Shown here one piece after another: positions 1 to 10,042 of a stretch of DNA of 64,000 nt. The notes under the pieces were generated by a model that was given only the letters and a program-made list of their open reading frames with translations, was not told the origin of the DNA and searched no databases. Both the position numbers and the translations under genes were made by a program. This stretch comes from a virus. How positions within the stretch are numbered: position 1 is the stretch's first letter; each line of letters opens with the position of its first letter. Location of the stretch: positions 1-64,000 of the IMG/VR virus record IMGVR_UViG_3300024999_000081; one strand, written 5' to 3'.

Positions 1-2
1 GA

Positions 3-143
3 AACGTAGATATTAGTGGGTTTATTGGGCAAGTTTTTGACGCTAGACCATATTACAAAAAGAATATTGAAGTTAATTTTACCAAAGAATTTGGAGGAAA
101 TTATATTGTTTATGAAGGTGAATATGAAATAGTTGAGGAGTAA
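3..143 (+). CDS. 3' part of a hypothetical protein (runs in from left edge)
   Basis: Open frame NVDISGFIGQ...YEIVEE ending TAA 141-143. Confidence 0.6.
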   Translation, partial: NVDISGFIGQVFDARPYYKKNIEVNFTKEFGGNYIVYEGEYEIVEE

Positions 144-189
144 AATTTAACTTAAAATTGGAGTTCTAAGTGGAAGGAGGTTTGTATTA

Positions 190-360
190 ATGACAAATTA
201 TGAGAGAGTTATAAGTATGAATATTATTGAGATGGCTAAATTTCTTGCTAGAGTTGATTTATGTGAAAGGTGTATTCATAAAGAAGATGAAGCTAAATGT
301 TTTTCTGATAATACTGTTTGTTCTGAAGGAATTGTAAAATGGTTAGAACAAAAATTTTAG
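190..360 (+). CDS. Small Cys-containing phage protein (56 aa)
   Basis: RBS AAGGAGG; MTNYERV...CERC...C...C..GIVKWLEQKF; below ORF-track cutoff. Confidence 0.7.
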   Translation: MTNYERVISMNIIEMAKFLARVDLCERCIHKEDEAKCFSDNTVCSEGIVKWLEQKF

Positions 361-389
361 ATTTTAAAACATAAAGGAGAGTAAAATAA

Positions 390-620
390 ATGACTATATT
401 GACAAAGACAGTAATTTATTGTGATGAATGTGGATATGAAGAGCCTAATAATTATCACTATGGAATAAGAGATTGGATATTTGCTGTAAATAACTCAAAA
501 GAAGAATTCCATTTTTGCAGTATTGATTGTGCTAAATTTTTTGATGAAGAAAGAGAAGGGCTTACTCTTATCAAAAAGTTAAATAGTAAGGATGATGAAT
601 TTAGAAAATTGTTAAAATAA
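390..620 (+). CDS. Hypothetical Zn-binding protein
   Basis: RBS AAGGAG; CDEC and HFCSIDC motifs. Confidence 0.7.
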   Translation: MTILTKTVIYCDECGYEEPNNYHYGIRDWIFAVNNSKEEFHFCSIDCAKFFDEEREGLTLIKKLNSKDDEFRKLLK

Positions 621-651
621 TTTTAAATTAATTAGAAAGAAGGAATAAATT

Positions 652-1095
652 ATACTAATCAACAAAATTAAATCAGATGCTCTTATAGCTCGTAAGGCTC
701 GACAAACTGATACGGCCACATTATTAACAACTCTATATTCTGAAGCCTCTATGATAGGCAAGAATGCAGGAAATAGGGAATCTACAGATGCAGAAGTGTT
801 GCAAGTCATTGAGAAGTTTATTAAGAATGTAAATGAGATTCAAACAATTCTTTTGAAAAATAATAAAGATACAAGCAATGTTATTTCTGAGATTAAAGTT
901 CTGAGTAAGTATTTACCTCAGAAAATGAGCAGAGAGGAGTTAGAAAATGTTGTTAGAGATATCATTGAAGCGTTAAAAGATATTAATTCAGAAGTGCAAA
1001 TAGGTAAAGTTATGTCTGTATTGAAGAACTCCTATAGTGGGACTTATGATGGTAAGTTAGCTAGTGAAATTGTTAGAAAGGAGTTAGTGAATTAA
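652..1095 (+). CDS. GatB/YqeY domain protein
   Basis: TDAEVLQVI, EIKVLSKYLPQKMS, IGKVM, YDGK motifs; frame open upstream of 751 to ATT649/ATA652 behind RBS GAAGGA. Confidence 0.85.
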   Translation: MLINKIKSDALIARKARQTDTATLLTTLYSEASMIGKNAGNRESTDAEVLQVIEKFIKNVNEIQTILLKNNKDTSNVISEIKVLSKYLPQKMSREELENVVRDIIEALKDINSEVQIGKVMSVLKNSYSGTYDGKLASEIVRKELVN

Positions 1096-1097
1096 TT

Positions 1098-1451
1098 ATG
1101 ATATTAAGCAATGAGGAATTAATCAAATTAAAGGTTTTAATATTGGATGATTTGGATGAAGAAGATAATGATAATTGTATTGAATGTACTCCAGAAAATC
1201 CTTGCTGTAATCTAATTAGTGCATGTAATAAATATGGTTCATTTAATTTTATAGATGGAGCAATGGAAATGGTTAGAGATTTGTTTGATACTATTGAGAG
1301 TTTAAAAGATGATTTATTTAATGCGAGAATTATTGATAATTGCATAAACTGTAAAAACAGTGATAGGAAATTAGAAAGATGCCGTTTAGAAGGGGATGAG
1401 GAATTGGAATGTCTTTCAGATAATTATAGTTGGCATATTAGAAGGAAATAA
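1098..1451 (+). CDS. Cys-rich hypothetical protein
   Basis: ORF track; RBS AAGGAG. Confidence 0.65.
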   Translation: MILSNEELIKLKVLILDDLDEEDNDNCIECTPENPCCNLISACNKYGSFNFIDGAMEMVRDLFDTIESLKDDLFNARIIDNCINCKNSDRKLERCRLEGDEELECLSDNYSWHIRRK

Positions 1452-1527
1452 GTGGATAAAAGTTATTGAAATGACTATATGATTGGATTAAGAAAGAAAT
1501 TTAATAAAAGAAAGCAGGAATAAATAA

Positions 1528-2451
1528 ATGAGAGTAAAATTATTTACACATACAGATTTAGATGGAATAGGGTGTGCCATTATTGCGAAATTAGCATTTC
1601 CAACAGTAGATATTGAATATTGCAACTATGATGATGTAAATGAAAAAATCCTAAACTATGTGACAGCAGATGGATATAAGAATTTCGAATTAACATATAT
1701 CACAGATATTTCAGTAAATGAAGAAGTAGCAGAAATAATTGACGGTATTAATAAGCCAGAAAGTTTTGTGTTATTAGATCATCATAAAACTGCATTATGG
1801 TTGAATAAATACAAATGGACTTGTGTTAGTGAATACATTGATGAAAATACTAAACACAGTGGAACTGAAATGCTTTATCATAATATTATTAATTATTATA
1901 TTAACGAAGTGGAGTTTAGACATGTTGACTTGACAAATGCATTTGGTTTTGTAGAAATAGTTAGACAATATGATACATGGGAATTTAAGACTAAGTATAA
2001 TAATATTCTACCGAAACAAGTAAACGATTTGATGTATTTGCTAGGAAGAGATGAGTTTATTGATAATGCCATATATCAAATAATTATGTTGCATGAGTAT
2101 AAATTAACTGTAGATAATTTTATGTTACTGAAAAAGAATCAAGAGAAAATTGACAAATACATAGAATCAAAAGATAAATCAATTATTGTTACGGATATTC
2201 AAGGATATAAAGCAGGAGTTGTATTTGCTGAAAGATATTCTTCTGAATTAGGGAATAAATTATCTGAATTGCACCCTGAATTAGACTTTATTGCAATTAT
2301 TAACCCATCTCACTCAGTAAGTTATAGGACAGTAAAAGATGTTGATTTGAGTGTTATCGCTGGAGTGTATGGTGGGGGAGGGCATACTCAATCTAGTGGA
2401 AGTCCCATTAGTAAAGAAATGAAGAATAATATACTTGATTTATTGTTTTAA
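1528..2451 (+). CDS. DHH/DHHA1 phosphoesterase (NrnB/oligoribonuclease-like), copy 1
   Basis: HTDLDG, ITDIS, LLDHH, GGGH motifs. Confidence 0.9.
   Translation: MRVKLFTHTDLDGIGCAIIAKLAFPTVDIEYCNYDDVNEKILNYVTADGYKNFELTYITDISVNEEVAEIIDGINKPESFVLLDHHKTALWLNKYKWTCVSEYIDENTKHSGTEMLYHNIINYYINEVEFRHVDLTNAFGFVEIVRQYDTWEFKTKYNNILPKQVNDLMYLLGRDEFIDNAIYQIIMLHEYKLTVDNFMLLKKNQEKIDKYIESKDKSIIVTDIQGYKAGVVFAERYSSELGNKLSELHPELDFIAIINPSHSVSYRTVKDVDLSVIAGVYGGGGHTQSSGSPISKEMKNNILDLLF
2161..2385 (+). repeat. 225-bp direct repeat, copy 1 (identical to 9722-9946)
   Basis: Identical from ATAGAATCAAAAG to GGGGGAGGGCAT. Confidence 0.95.
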
Positions 2452-2482
2452 ACTAATATAAAATTAGAAAGAAGGAAATAAA

Positions 2483-2746
2483 ATGTTAGAACAAATCATT
2501 AAAGATGAAATCGAAACCATAATTCAAGAAAAAGGATTAACTAAAATTATTAAAGATGTTGTTCGCAGTAAAATGTCTAATGAAAATATTCAGAAAATAA
2601 TTGAGATAGAAATTGATAAGTTATTACCTGAAGCAATTTCAGAGAGTGTAGGTTATCAACTTTTAGATAATGGAGCAGTTCATAATATGGTTTATGTAAA
2701 ATTACAAGATATGGTTAGAGATAAGATTTCTGATTGGAAATTATAG
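2483..2746 (+). CDS. Hypothetical protein
   Basis: ORF track; RBS GAAGGA. Confidence 0.7.
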   Translation: MLEQIIKDEIETIIQEKGLTKIIKDVVRSKMSNENIQKIIEIEIDKLLPEAISESVGYQLLDNGAVHNMVYVKLQDMVRDKISDWKL

Positions 2747-2766
2747 AAAAAGGGGTGAAAAAAGCA

Positions 2767-2940
2767 ATGAGAAATCCAGATAGAATTGATGAGATTATTG
2801 AAGCATTGCGTGATTGTTGGAAACAATATCCTGATTTAAGACTAGGACAATTGATTTATAATCTAAATAAATTTGGAAATAGAGATGTGTTTTATCCAGA
2901 AGATGATAAGTGGCTAGAATGGATTAAAGAAGGTAAATAG
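2767..2940 (+). CDS. DUF1040/YihD-like protein
   Basis: MRNPDRIDEII...W..YPDLRLGQL...D.FY.ED; RBS AGGGGTG. Confidence 0.75.
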   Translation: MRNPDRIDEIIEALRDCWKQYPDLRLGQLIYNLNKFGNRDVFYPEDDKWLEWIKEGK

Positions 2941-2973
2941 ATGAATAAATAATATCAAATGGAGGGAATTGAT

Positions 2974-3630
2974 ATGAAGAAATATATTATCATATTAACT
3001 ATCGGAGCATTATTCGCTACAAATATTTATCTAAAATATCATAACTTATCAGTGCCAAAACCTATACCAACAGAGCAAACGCAAATAAATTTAGAAAATG
3101 ATTATTATCAAAAAGAAATTGACAGAGAGTTAGAACTTAAAAAGAAGATGCAAAATCCAACTATTATTAGGAATGAAATAAGAAAAGTCGGCAAATTAAC
3201 TAGCCTAGATGGTCAGTACAAATATCAAAGCAAAATAATTGATAAAGGATTTATGGACTTAACATTAAGGGAAATTACATTAGATTTTACTTATAACTTT
3301 GGTTTGGGAATGGATTTGCAATACATAACTGTATACAAAGTGGAAAATAAAACTGTATATATTAAGATACCCAAGAATCGTATTCAATTACATTACATAG
3401 AACTCAATGGGAATAGTCGAATCATAGAAGGTAAAAAGATGATACTGGTCAATCAATTTAGTCCTTCAGATACAGAGATATTAATGGAGCAATCACAGCA
3501 AAATGTTGTCAATATGATTGGTGCTGATAAGGGGTTATTCAATGATGCAATGATTAATATACAGGAACAATTGGAGAAATTGGTTTTGAGTTTGGAGTAC
3601 TATGAAAATGTTGTGTTTCAAGAAGTTTAA
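2974..3630 (+). CDS. Membrane-anchored DUF4230-like protein
   Basis: N-terminal TM; GKLTSL...GMDL..I...VYIKIP pattern. Confidence 0.65.
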   Translation: MKKYIIILTIGALFATNIYLKYHNLSVPKPIPTEQTQINLENDYYQKEIDRELELKKKMQNPTIIRNEIRKVGKLTSLDGQYKYQSKIIDKGFMDLTLREITLDFTYNFGLGMDLQYITVYKVENKTVYIKIPKNRIQLHYIELNGNSRIIEGKKMILVNQFSPSDTEILMEQSQQNVVNMIGADKGLFNDAMINIQEQLEKLVLSLEYYENVVFQEV

Positions 3631-3643
3631 GGAGGAAAATTAA

Positions 3644-3823
3644 ATGAATAATATCAAATTAAAATTGTTTTGGTTGTATGTTCAAACCAAACTATTCAAA
3701 TTGTTATCGATGCTTATTAAACTATTTGGGTGGATAGTAGTTGGATTGATATACACAATAATTTTCGGAGGAATATTAGCTTTGTTTGCTATACCAATTG
3801 TATTATTATTCAAATTAATTTAA
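3644..3823 (+). CDS. Small membrane protein (59 aa)
   Basis: RBS AAGGAGG; hydrophobic C-terminal half. Confidence 0.65.
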   Translation: MNNIKLKLFWLYVQTKLFKLLSMLIKLFGWIVVGLIYTIIFGGILALFAIPIVLLFKLI

Positions 3824-3841
3824 ATTTAGAAAGAAGGAATT

Positions 3842-4045
3842 ATGATGGAATATACAATGGAAAATAAAGTGAACAATGCTATTTTAGAAGAAAAGATTCA
3901 AAAAGCAAAGAAATTACTTTGGGAAAATGGATATGTTATCATAAAATTAACTAAAGCAATGAAAGATGATTTCGATGAATGTGATAGATTAGAAGGAGAT
4001 AAAGACTGCAGTAGTTGTTCTTGTAGCATATGTATTGTTGAGTAA
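3842..4045 (+). CDS. Hypothetical protein with Cys-rich tail
   Basis: DCSSCSCSIC; RBS. Confidence 0.7.
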   Translation: MMEYTMENKVNNAILEEKIQKAKKLLWENGYVIIKLTKAMKDDFDECDRLEGDKDCSSCSCSICIVE

Positions 4046-4072
4046 AACAAATAAAAGGAGAGAAATTAAATA

Positions 4073-4267
4073 ATGAAAGAATTTAAATTAATCCAATACA
4101 AAGAATGTCCTGCATGTGGATTCAATATTAAACTAGAAGTTAAATATGCATATGACAATAATTGGTGCCCTCATTGTGGTTTTGGTTACAAAGAAACAAT
4201 TCAAAGAAAAGAACCAGAATATATTAGTAGTGGATATGATAAAGCCGTTAGGAGTGGATTGTTGTAA
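4073..4267 (+). CDS. Zn-ribbon protein
   Basis: CPACG...CPHCG; RBS AAGGAG. Confidence 0.7.
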   Translation: MKEFKLIQYKECPACGFNIKLEVKYAYDNNWCPHCGFGYKETIQRKEPEYISSGYDKAVRSGLL

Positions 4268-4269
4268 TT

Positions 4270-4662
4270 ATGGATATAAATTATGATGAAATAGATGTCG
4301 AATGTAGACCAATGGTAAAATTATTTAATACTATTGGTCTAACCACAAAATTTAGTTGTCAGGGACATAATAATATTTTGCAGAATAGTTTTCAAATAAT
4401 CTTTGCTGATTTTATAAACGATGACGATATTGTAAATTTCATAAGTAAGTTTACAAATATTTACACACATTCTTCATTCCAAGGAAAATTCTTAAAATGG
4501 ATGCGAAAAATGAATGGTGAAATATCATCTAATTGGACATATGAAATTAGTTATGGAAATTATAAAACTAATATTAAGTTGGCAAAAATTGATTATAGTT
4601 TATTTATAAAATTATTAGAAGAATATGAAACCTTTGTTGAAGTATGGTTACGGGGCATCTAA
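4270..4662 (+). CDS. Phage protein with T-x-x-S-C-x-G-H motif
   Basis: ID.ECRPMV..FN.IGLTTKFSCQGH. Confidence 0.65.
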   Translation: MDINYDEIDVECRPMVKLFNTIGLTTKFSCQGHNNILQNSFQIIFADFINDDDIVNFISKFTNIYTHSSFQGKFLKWMRKMNGEISSNWTYEISYGNYKTNIKLAKIDYSLFIKLLEEYETFVEVWLRGI

Positions 4663-4707
4663 AATTAAATAAAAGACAAGTTCGAAGGAATAAAAAGGAG
4701 AAATTTT

Positions 4708-4848
4708 ATGTTTAATCCATTAAGATTATTATGTTACTTTAATATTCATAACTTTAAATTATTACAAATGAATGGTAAATACAATACCTTTTATTGCAAA
4801 TGGTGTGATGAAGAATTAGTGCAGAAAGTTAAAAGCAAAGAAGTTTAA
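4708..4848 (+). CDS. Small phage protein (DUF1660-like, 46 aa)
   Basis: RBS AAGGAG; LLCYFNIH...CKWC. Confidence 0.55.
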   Translation: MFNPLRLLCYFNIHNFKLLQMNGKYNTFYCKWCDEELVQKVKSKEV

Positions 4849-4853
4849 GACGA

Positions 4854-4946
4854 TTACTTAGTTAAATAATAAATCAATATGCCTACAAATGGAGTCGCAA
4901 TAATTAACAAACCTAAAATTATAATCACAATTCTTCTAATATTCAT
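4854..4946 (-). CDS. 30-aa single-TM peptide (type I toxin-like)
   Basis: MNIRRIVIIILGLLIIATPFVGILIYYLTK; upstream AAGAAGG; opposite to the surrounding operon. Confidence 0.5.
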   Translation of the reverse strand: MNIRRIVIIILGLLIIATPFVGILIYYLTK

Positions 4947-5231
4947 AGCATTATGCCTTCTTTATCTTTCTAATTAAAAAGACCTTGCAATAAAGCAAGG
5001 TTGGATGTAGGACGAGAATGAATTTAGTACGAGATTATCATATCCAAGTTAAGGATAATTATGCAAAGAAGAAAGAAGGAAAATCGTGGGTTTGTTTTGA
5101 TTGTTATTACAAGAAAGAATGTATGTATAAAAGAGATAAAGATTTACAAATAATTTTCAATATGTCTAGTTATCAAATCAATTTGTGATTTTAAGCTATA
5201 ATAAATTTATGTATAAACAAGAAATAATTAA

Positions 5232-5261
5232 TTGACAGAATAGACTTCATTGTGGTATCAT
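5232..5261 (+). promoter_or_regulatory. SigA-type promoter for ligase
   Basis: TTGACA-18-TATCAT with TG extension. Confidence 0.65.
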
Positions 5262-5314
5262 AAAGTAAGCACAAATGGAGTCTATATTTTTATAAGAAAG
5301 AAGGAGATAAAGAA

Positions 5315-7270
5315 ATGGAAAAGATTCAAAGAATCAAAGAACTCGTTAAACAACTCAACGTGGCTTGTGACGCTTATTATGTCAAGGATAACCCAATCAT
5401 GTCAGATAAAATTTACGACTCAATGTATGACGAATTAACGGCCTTACAGAACGAAACAAATTACATATTATCATCATCGCCGACCCAAAAAGTTCAGGGA
5501 AAAGTTTTAGATTCATTAAGAAAAGTACAACACACAGAACCGATGCTATCTGCTGAAAAATCAAAAGATATTAATAATGTTATTAAATTTATGGGTAATC
5601 AGGATTGTGTTTTGTCTTGGAAATTGGATGGGTTGACTTTAGTTTTACATTACAATGAAGGGAAATTACAACAAGCAGTAACCCGTGGTGGAGGTACAGA
5701 AGGCGAAGATGTCACCCATACCGTAAAAACATTTGCTAATGTCCCTCTTACAATTGACTATACTGGATATTTGGAAATTCGGGGAGAAGGTATGGTTGAG
5801 TTTAAAGAGTTTGAAAGAATTAATGAAGAGTTGGTTGCCAAAGGAGAAGAGGAATATTCAAGCCCTAGAAATCTAGCAGCAGGAAGTGTCCGTCAACTTG
5901 ACTCCGCTATTACCAAGAAAAGAAACTTGATCTTTATTGCTTTTGGTATTGTGAAATGTGATGAATGGTTCGCACATAAAATGAATCAATTTATGTTTCT
6001 AAAATCATTAGGGTTCACAGTTGTAGAACATACGTTGATTACTAAAAACGAAATTGTAATAGCAGTCGATTTCTATAAAACAAAAATAGAATCACTTCCA
6101 TTTCTTACGGATGGTTTGATTGTTGAATTTGATGACATCGCATATGGGAAAGCTCAAGGGGTAACTGGTCATCACAGTAAATCTTTATATGCACTCAAGC
6201 ATTCAGACGGTTCTTATGAGACGATTTTTAGAGGAGTAGAATTGAACACAACTCGTACAGGAATTGTTTCAATCACAGGATTATTTGATGAAGTAGATTG
6301 TGATGGGGCAAAAGTATCAAGAGCAAGTCTTCATAATTATGACATCTTTAAAGCGTTAGAATTAGGTGTATCAGACGTTGTAACTGTCTATCGGGCGAAT
6401 AGTGTGATTCCCCAGATCGAAGAGAATCTGACACGTTCTGGGACTTATAAAATTAATATGAAATGTCCTTCATGTGGAGGAAATATTGTAATAAGAGCAC
6501 CTAAAGTATCGAACTTTTTATTCTGTGATAATGATGACTGTCCTTCAAAATTGGTTAATAAATTTGTACATTATTGCTCTAAAAATGCTATGAATATTGA
6601 TGGATTTTCTGAGGCAGGAATTGAGTTATTTATCAATGAGGGATTCTTAAAGACATTTTCTGATATTTATGATCTTGAGCAGTACAAAAGTAGAATTGTT
6701 AAACTTGAAGGATGGGGAATAAAAAGCTACAAAAAGCTTATTGATGCAATTGAGAAATCTAGAATTGTTAAAATGGAAAACTTTCTTTATGCACTTGGAA
6801 TAAATAATGTAGGTCTTGGAGGTTCTAAGAGATTAACACAACATTTTAATAATGATATTATTAGGGTTATGCATGCCAGTGTAACTGAACTATTGCAAGT
6901 TGAAGATTTTGGACTTACTACAGCAAATAGCGTTTACAATTATTTTAGAAATAGAAATAATATTTATGAGATTAATAAGTTGTTAGTATTTACAGAGTTT
7001 AAGGAAGAAAAGAAAACGGAGGTATCTAATATGAATACTGTTTTTGCAGGAAAGAAACTATATTGCACCGGGAGTTTCGAGTCATACAAGAAAGAAGAAT
7101 TAAAAAACATTGTAGAAGGTCTAGGTGGAGAATTTGGATCAGGTTACGCAAAGTCCTTAGACTATTTGGTAGTGGGAAAATTGAAAGGTTCATCTAAAGA
7201 AGCAAAGGCATTGAAGGATGGAGTGCCTGTGCTTACAGAAGATGAGTTTTTAGAAATGATAGGGAGATAG
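5315..7270 (+). CDS. ligA: NAD-dependent DNA ligase
   Basis: KLDG adenylation motif, TRG, EIRGE, PRNLAAGS, Zn finger CPSC...C..DC, HhH repeats, C-terminal BRCT. Confidence 0.97.
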   Translation: MEKIQRIKELVKQLNVACDAYYVKDNPIMSDKIYDSMYDELTALQNETNYILSSSPTQKVQGKVLDSLRKVQHTEPMLSAEKSKDINNVIKFMGNQDCVLSWKLDGLTLVLHYNEGKLQQAVTRGGGTEGEDVTHTVKTFANVPLTIDYTGYLEIRGEGMVEFKEFERINEELVAKGEEEYSSPRNLAAGSVRQLDSAITKKRNLIFIAFGIVKCDEWFAHKMNQFMFLKSLGFTVVEHTLITKNEIVIAVDFYKTKIESLPFLTDGLIVEFDDIAYGKAQGVTGHHSKSLYALKHSDGSYETIFRGVELNTTRTGIVSITGLFDEVDCDGAKVSRASLHNYDIFKALELGVSDVVTVYRANSVIPQIEENLTRSGTYKINMKCPSCGGNIVIRAPKVSNFLFCDNDDCPSKLVNKFVHYCSKNAMNIDGFSEAGIELFINEGFLKTFSDIYDLEQYKSRIVKLEGWGIKSYKKLIDAIEKSRIVKMENFLYALGINNVGLGGSKRLTQHFNNDIIRVMHASVTELLQVEDFGLTTANSVYNYFRNRNNIYEINKLLVFTEFKEEKKTEVSNMNTVFAGKKLYCTGSFESYKKEELKNIVEGLGGEFGSGYAKSLDYLVVGKLKGSSKEAKALKDGVPVLTEDEFLEMIGR

Positions 7271-7287
7271 GATAAACCTATTTCCCT
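7261..7287 (+). terminator. Hairpin after ligA
   Basis: AGGGAGATAGG-ataaa-CCTATTTCCCT. Confidence 0.55.
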
Positions 7288-7511
7288 CCAAATATCGATT
7301 TTATCTAAGCACAGAAAGGAAGAAATAAAATGACAGATGAAAATAAGTTAATTGTAGAAATAGAAATGAGAAAGTATTATGGAGATAGATATTATGATGA
7401 ATATCACTATAATTCATTAACCGGAAGAGAGTTTGAAAAACTTAGAGAATTAATTTTTACTTGTATAGAAAAATGTAAACAAATTTAAACACGAAAGAAG
7501 GTTAAACAAAA

Positions 7512-7928
7512 ATGAATAAAATGGAACAACTCCTAAAAATGCAGCAACATTTCCAAAATCTAATAGATGAATATGGATGGGCTTCTCATTATGTAACATT
7601 AGATCAATATCACAATAATTTTCACACGCATGGATTACAAGAAAATTATGACCATCCTGATTTACAAATTACCTTGCCTCTTGATATGAATTCTTCTCAA
7701 GGTATTGCTATAAGAATTATTTCTGATATTAAAGAAGGAAAGTCTTTTGAAGTAGGACAGAAATATTATGGATATTTAAAAGAAGGTTATCCAATTGAAT
7801 TTAAACATTTTGTAGAATGTAATAGACAAGTTTTAAGAGTTTTATTGTGTGATCAGAATAAGAAAATGCCTAGTGAAAAAGGTTGTGATAAGTATTATAA
7901 GAAGCAGTTGGATATTTTAGATGATTAA
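7512..7928 (+). CDS. DUF4262-like protein
   Basis: I..YGWA..V...HTHGL...YDHPDLQI. Confidence 0.65.
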   Translation: MNKMEQLLKMQQHFQNLIDEYGWASHYVTLDQYHNNFHTHGLQENYDHPDLQITLPLDMNSSQGIAIRIISDIKEGKSFEVGQKYYGYLKEGYPIEFKHFVECNRQVLRVLLCDQNKKMPSEKGCDKYYKKQLDILDD

Positions 7929-7949
7929 GTTTTAAAAGGAGTAGAAAAT

Positions 7950-8186
7950 ATGAATACTAAATGGGTTGATTTTACAATTTTAGACTTAGTATGGGATGAA
8001 GAAACTGTTTTTACTCAAGAATATTTTGAGGAATACGTTAATGATAAATTTATTGCAGTCAAATTGAATGAAGATGGTAAACCTCTATATATTTGGACAG
8101 ATAGCTATTGTTTTATTATTACTACGTTTCGTAAGATAGCAATAGGAAGTCCTGCATTAATTGGAATACCGAGAAATCCAGAATAA
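7950..8186 (+). CDS. Hypothetical protein
   Basis: RBS AAGGAG; YIWTD...IPRNP. Confidence 0.7.
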   Translation: MNTKWVDFTILDLVWDEETVFTQEYFEEYVNDKFIAVKLNEDGKPLYIWTDSYCFIITTFRKIAIGSPALIGIPRNPE

Positions 8187-8240
8187 AAGATTTTCAATTC
8201 AATTACCAATTTGCTAGGAATTTAAAAGGAGAATTGAAGA

Positions 8241-9020
8241 ATGAATAAAAAAGATGTAGAATTAAATGAGATTCTTAAAACTATTAAAGAATCTATAGAT
8301 AAAGGATATGAACTTGAAATATCTATAGATTATAATAGTGAATTAAAGGATTTATCAGATAGTAAATTGTATACATCAGAAGAATTAAATAATATGAATT
8401 ACATAAGTTTTATTAGTGAAATATATAATCATTTTAGATCAATAGAAAGAGAACAATTATATGAATTCCAATCTGATTTAGATCATTATTTTGAGGAAGA
8501 TGTTAGTTTCCATTATAGATTATGTGCTATGAGGCCATTCGGAGGTAGTGCAGGGTATAAATACGGAGGTGGTTCTGGCACATTCTCTATGAGAATATTT
8601 TTAACCCAAAGAAAACTATTGCTACAACAACTTTCTAGTCTTTTTATCTTGCCAGATACTTATGAAGAAATAGGAAGAAATTTTATTATAAATGAACATC
8701 CATTTTGTTTAAATAACATTTCTACAGTTATAAAACATATCAAAAATACCATATATAAAAACATTGTTGGTAAGATAATTGATGAAAAATATTATGATAT
8801 TGAACAAAGACGGATAACTCTTGAGGACTTGAAAGAATCTGTTATTATAAATATTAAAACTAACAATTATGAGTTAGATGATTTTGAAATAAGTATTGAT
8901 GATGATTATGGAGATTTTTATTTTGTAATAAATGATAAATATTTAGGTGGCATTGTAAAACTTGTTCAGAGAAAAGAAGTAAAAACGGAGTATTATTTAG
9001 ATATTGAAGACATAGTTTAA
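8241..9020 (+). CDS. Hypothetical protein
   Basis: 259-aa ORF; RBS AAGGAG. Confidence 0.75.
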   Translation: MNKKDVELNEILKTIKESIDKGYELEISIDYNSELKDLSDSKLYTSEELNNMNYISFISEIYNHFRSIEREQLYEFQSDLDHYFEEDVSFHYRLCAMRPFGGSAGYKYGGGSGTFSMRIFLTQRKLLLQQLSSLFILPDTYEEIGRNFIINEHPFCLNNISTVIKHIKNTIYKNIVGKIIDEKYYDIEQRRITLEDLKESVIINIKTNNYELDDFEISIDDDYGDFYFVINDKYLGGIVKLVQRKEVKTEYYLDIEDIV

Positions 9021-9070
9021 ATGAACTAATTTTTGTTAATTTAAAACAAAGAAAGAAGGAGATTATATAA

Positions 9071-10024
9071 ATGAAAGTAAAATTATTCAACCACGTTGAT
9101 TATGATGCCGTTGGATGTGCAGTTTTAGCAAAACAAGCGTTTCCAGAATCACTAGTAGATATCGAATACTGTGATTATGATAATATTAATGAAAAGGTTG
9201 AGAATTTTTATATTGGTTCAGAAAAGAACAATTATGATATGGTGTTTATTACTGATATTTCAGTAAATGAAGAAGTTGCTACAATAATTGAATATTATAA
9301 AGATAAGACATATTATCCAGAAGTTATCTTACTAGACCATCACAAAACTGCTGAATTCCTAAATAAATATGATTGGTGTAAAGTAGTAGAAAATGTAAAT
9401 GGCGAAAAGACATGTGGAACATCTTTATTCTATTATTATTTAATGGAAAAAGGATTTTTACAAAATTCAAGATCGTGGAAATGGGATAGATGTTCTAATC
9501 TATATTCCTTTGTTGAATCAGTTAGAAAATATGATACTTATCTTTGGAAAACTATTTATAATGAAATTGAACCTAAAATGTGGAATGATTTACTTTACAT
9601 AATGGGAAGAGACAATTTCATTGAAAAGATCATGGATATTGTAGAATTTCAGCATGAGTTTGACTTTACTGGATTTGATTTAAAATTGCTTGAATATAAA
9701 CAAAGAGAAATTGATAGTTATATAGAATCAAAAGATAAATCAATTATTGTTACGGATATTCAAGGATATAAAGCAGGAGTTGTATTTGCTGAAAGATATT
9801 CTTCTGAATTAGGGAATAAATTATCTGAATTGCACCCTGAATTAGACTTTATTGCAATTATTAACCCATCTCACTCAGTAAGTTATAGGACAGTAAAAGA
9901 TGTTGATTTGAGTGTTATCGCTGGAGTGTATGGTGGGGGAGGGCATCCTAAAGCTTCTGGAAGTTCTATTGGAGATTACACAAGAAATGAGATTATTAAT
10001 TTAATGTTTGGCAAATCACAATAA
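9071..10024 (+). CDS. DHH/DHHA1 phosphoesterase, copy 2
   Basis: HVDYDA, ITDIS, LLDHH, GGGHPKASG. Confidence 0.9.
   Translation: MKVKLFNHVDYDAVGCAVLAKQAFPESLVDIEYCDYDNINEKVENFYIGSEKNNYDMVFITDISVNEEVATIIEYYKDKTYYPEVILLDHHKTAEFLNKYDWCKVVENVNGEKTCGTSLFYYYLMEKGFLQNSRSWKWDRCSNLYSFVESVRKYDTYLWKTIYNEIEPKMWNDLLYIMGRDNFIEKIMDIVEFQHEFDFTGFDLKLLEYKQREIDSYIESKDKSIIVTDIQGYKAGVVFAERYSSELGNKLSELHPELDFIAIINPSHSVSYRTVKDVDLSVIAGVYGGGGHPKASGSSIGDYTRNEIINLMFGKSQ
9722..9946 (+). repeat. 225-bp direct repeat, copy 2
   Basis: Identical to 2161-2385. Confidence 0.95.
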
Positions 10025-10042
10025 TTTTAAAGGAGCGTTATC

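Noticed and set aside
1-23. GAAACGTAGATATTAGTGGGTTT resembling the 23-bp companion motif
   Set aside because: It lies inside a coding frame with no core site at the expected distance; probably chance.
2161-9946. 225-bp repeat pair as a diversity-generating retroelement TR/VR
   Set aside because: Copies are identical with no adenine-specific mismatches, both are coding, and no reverse transcriptase is in the window.
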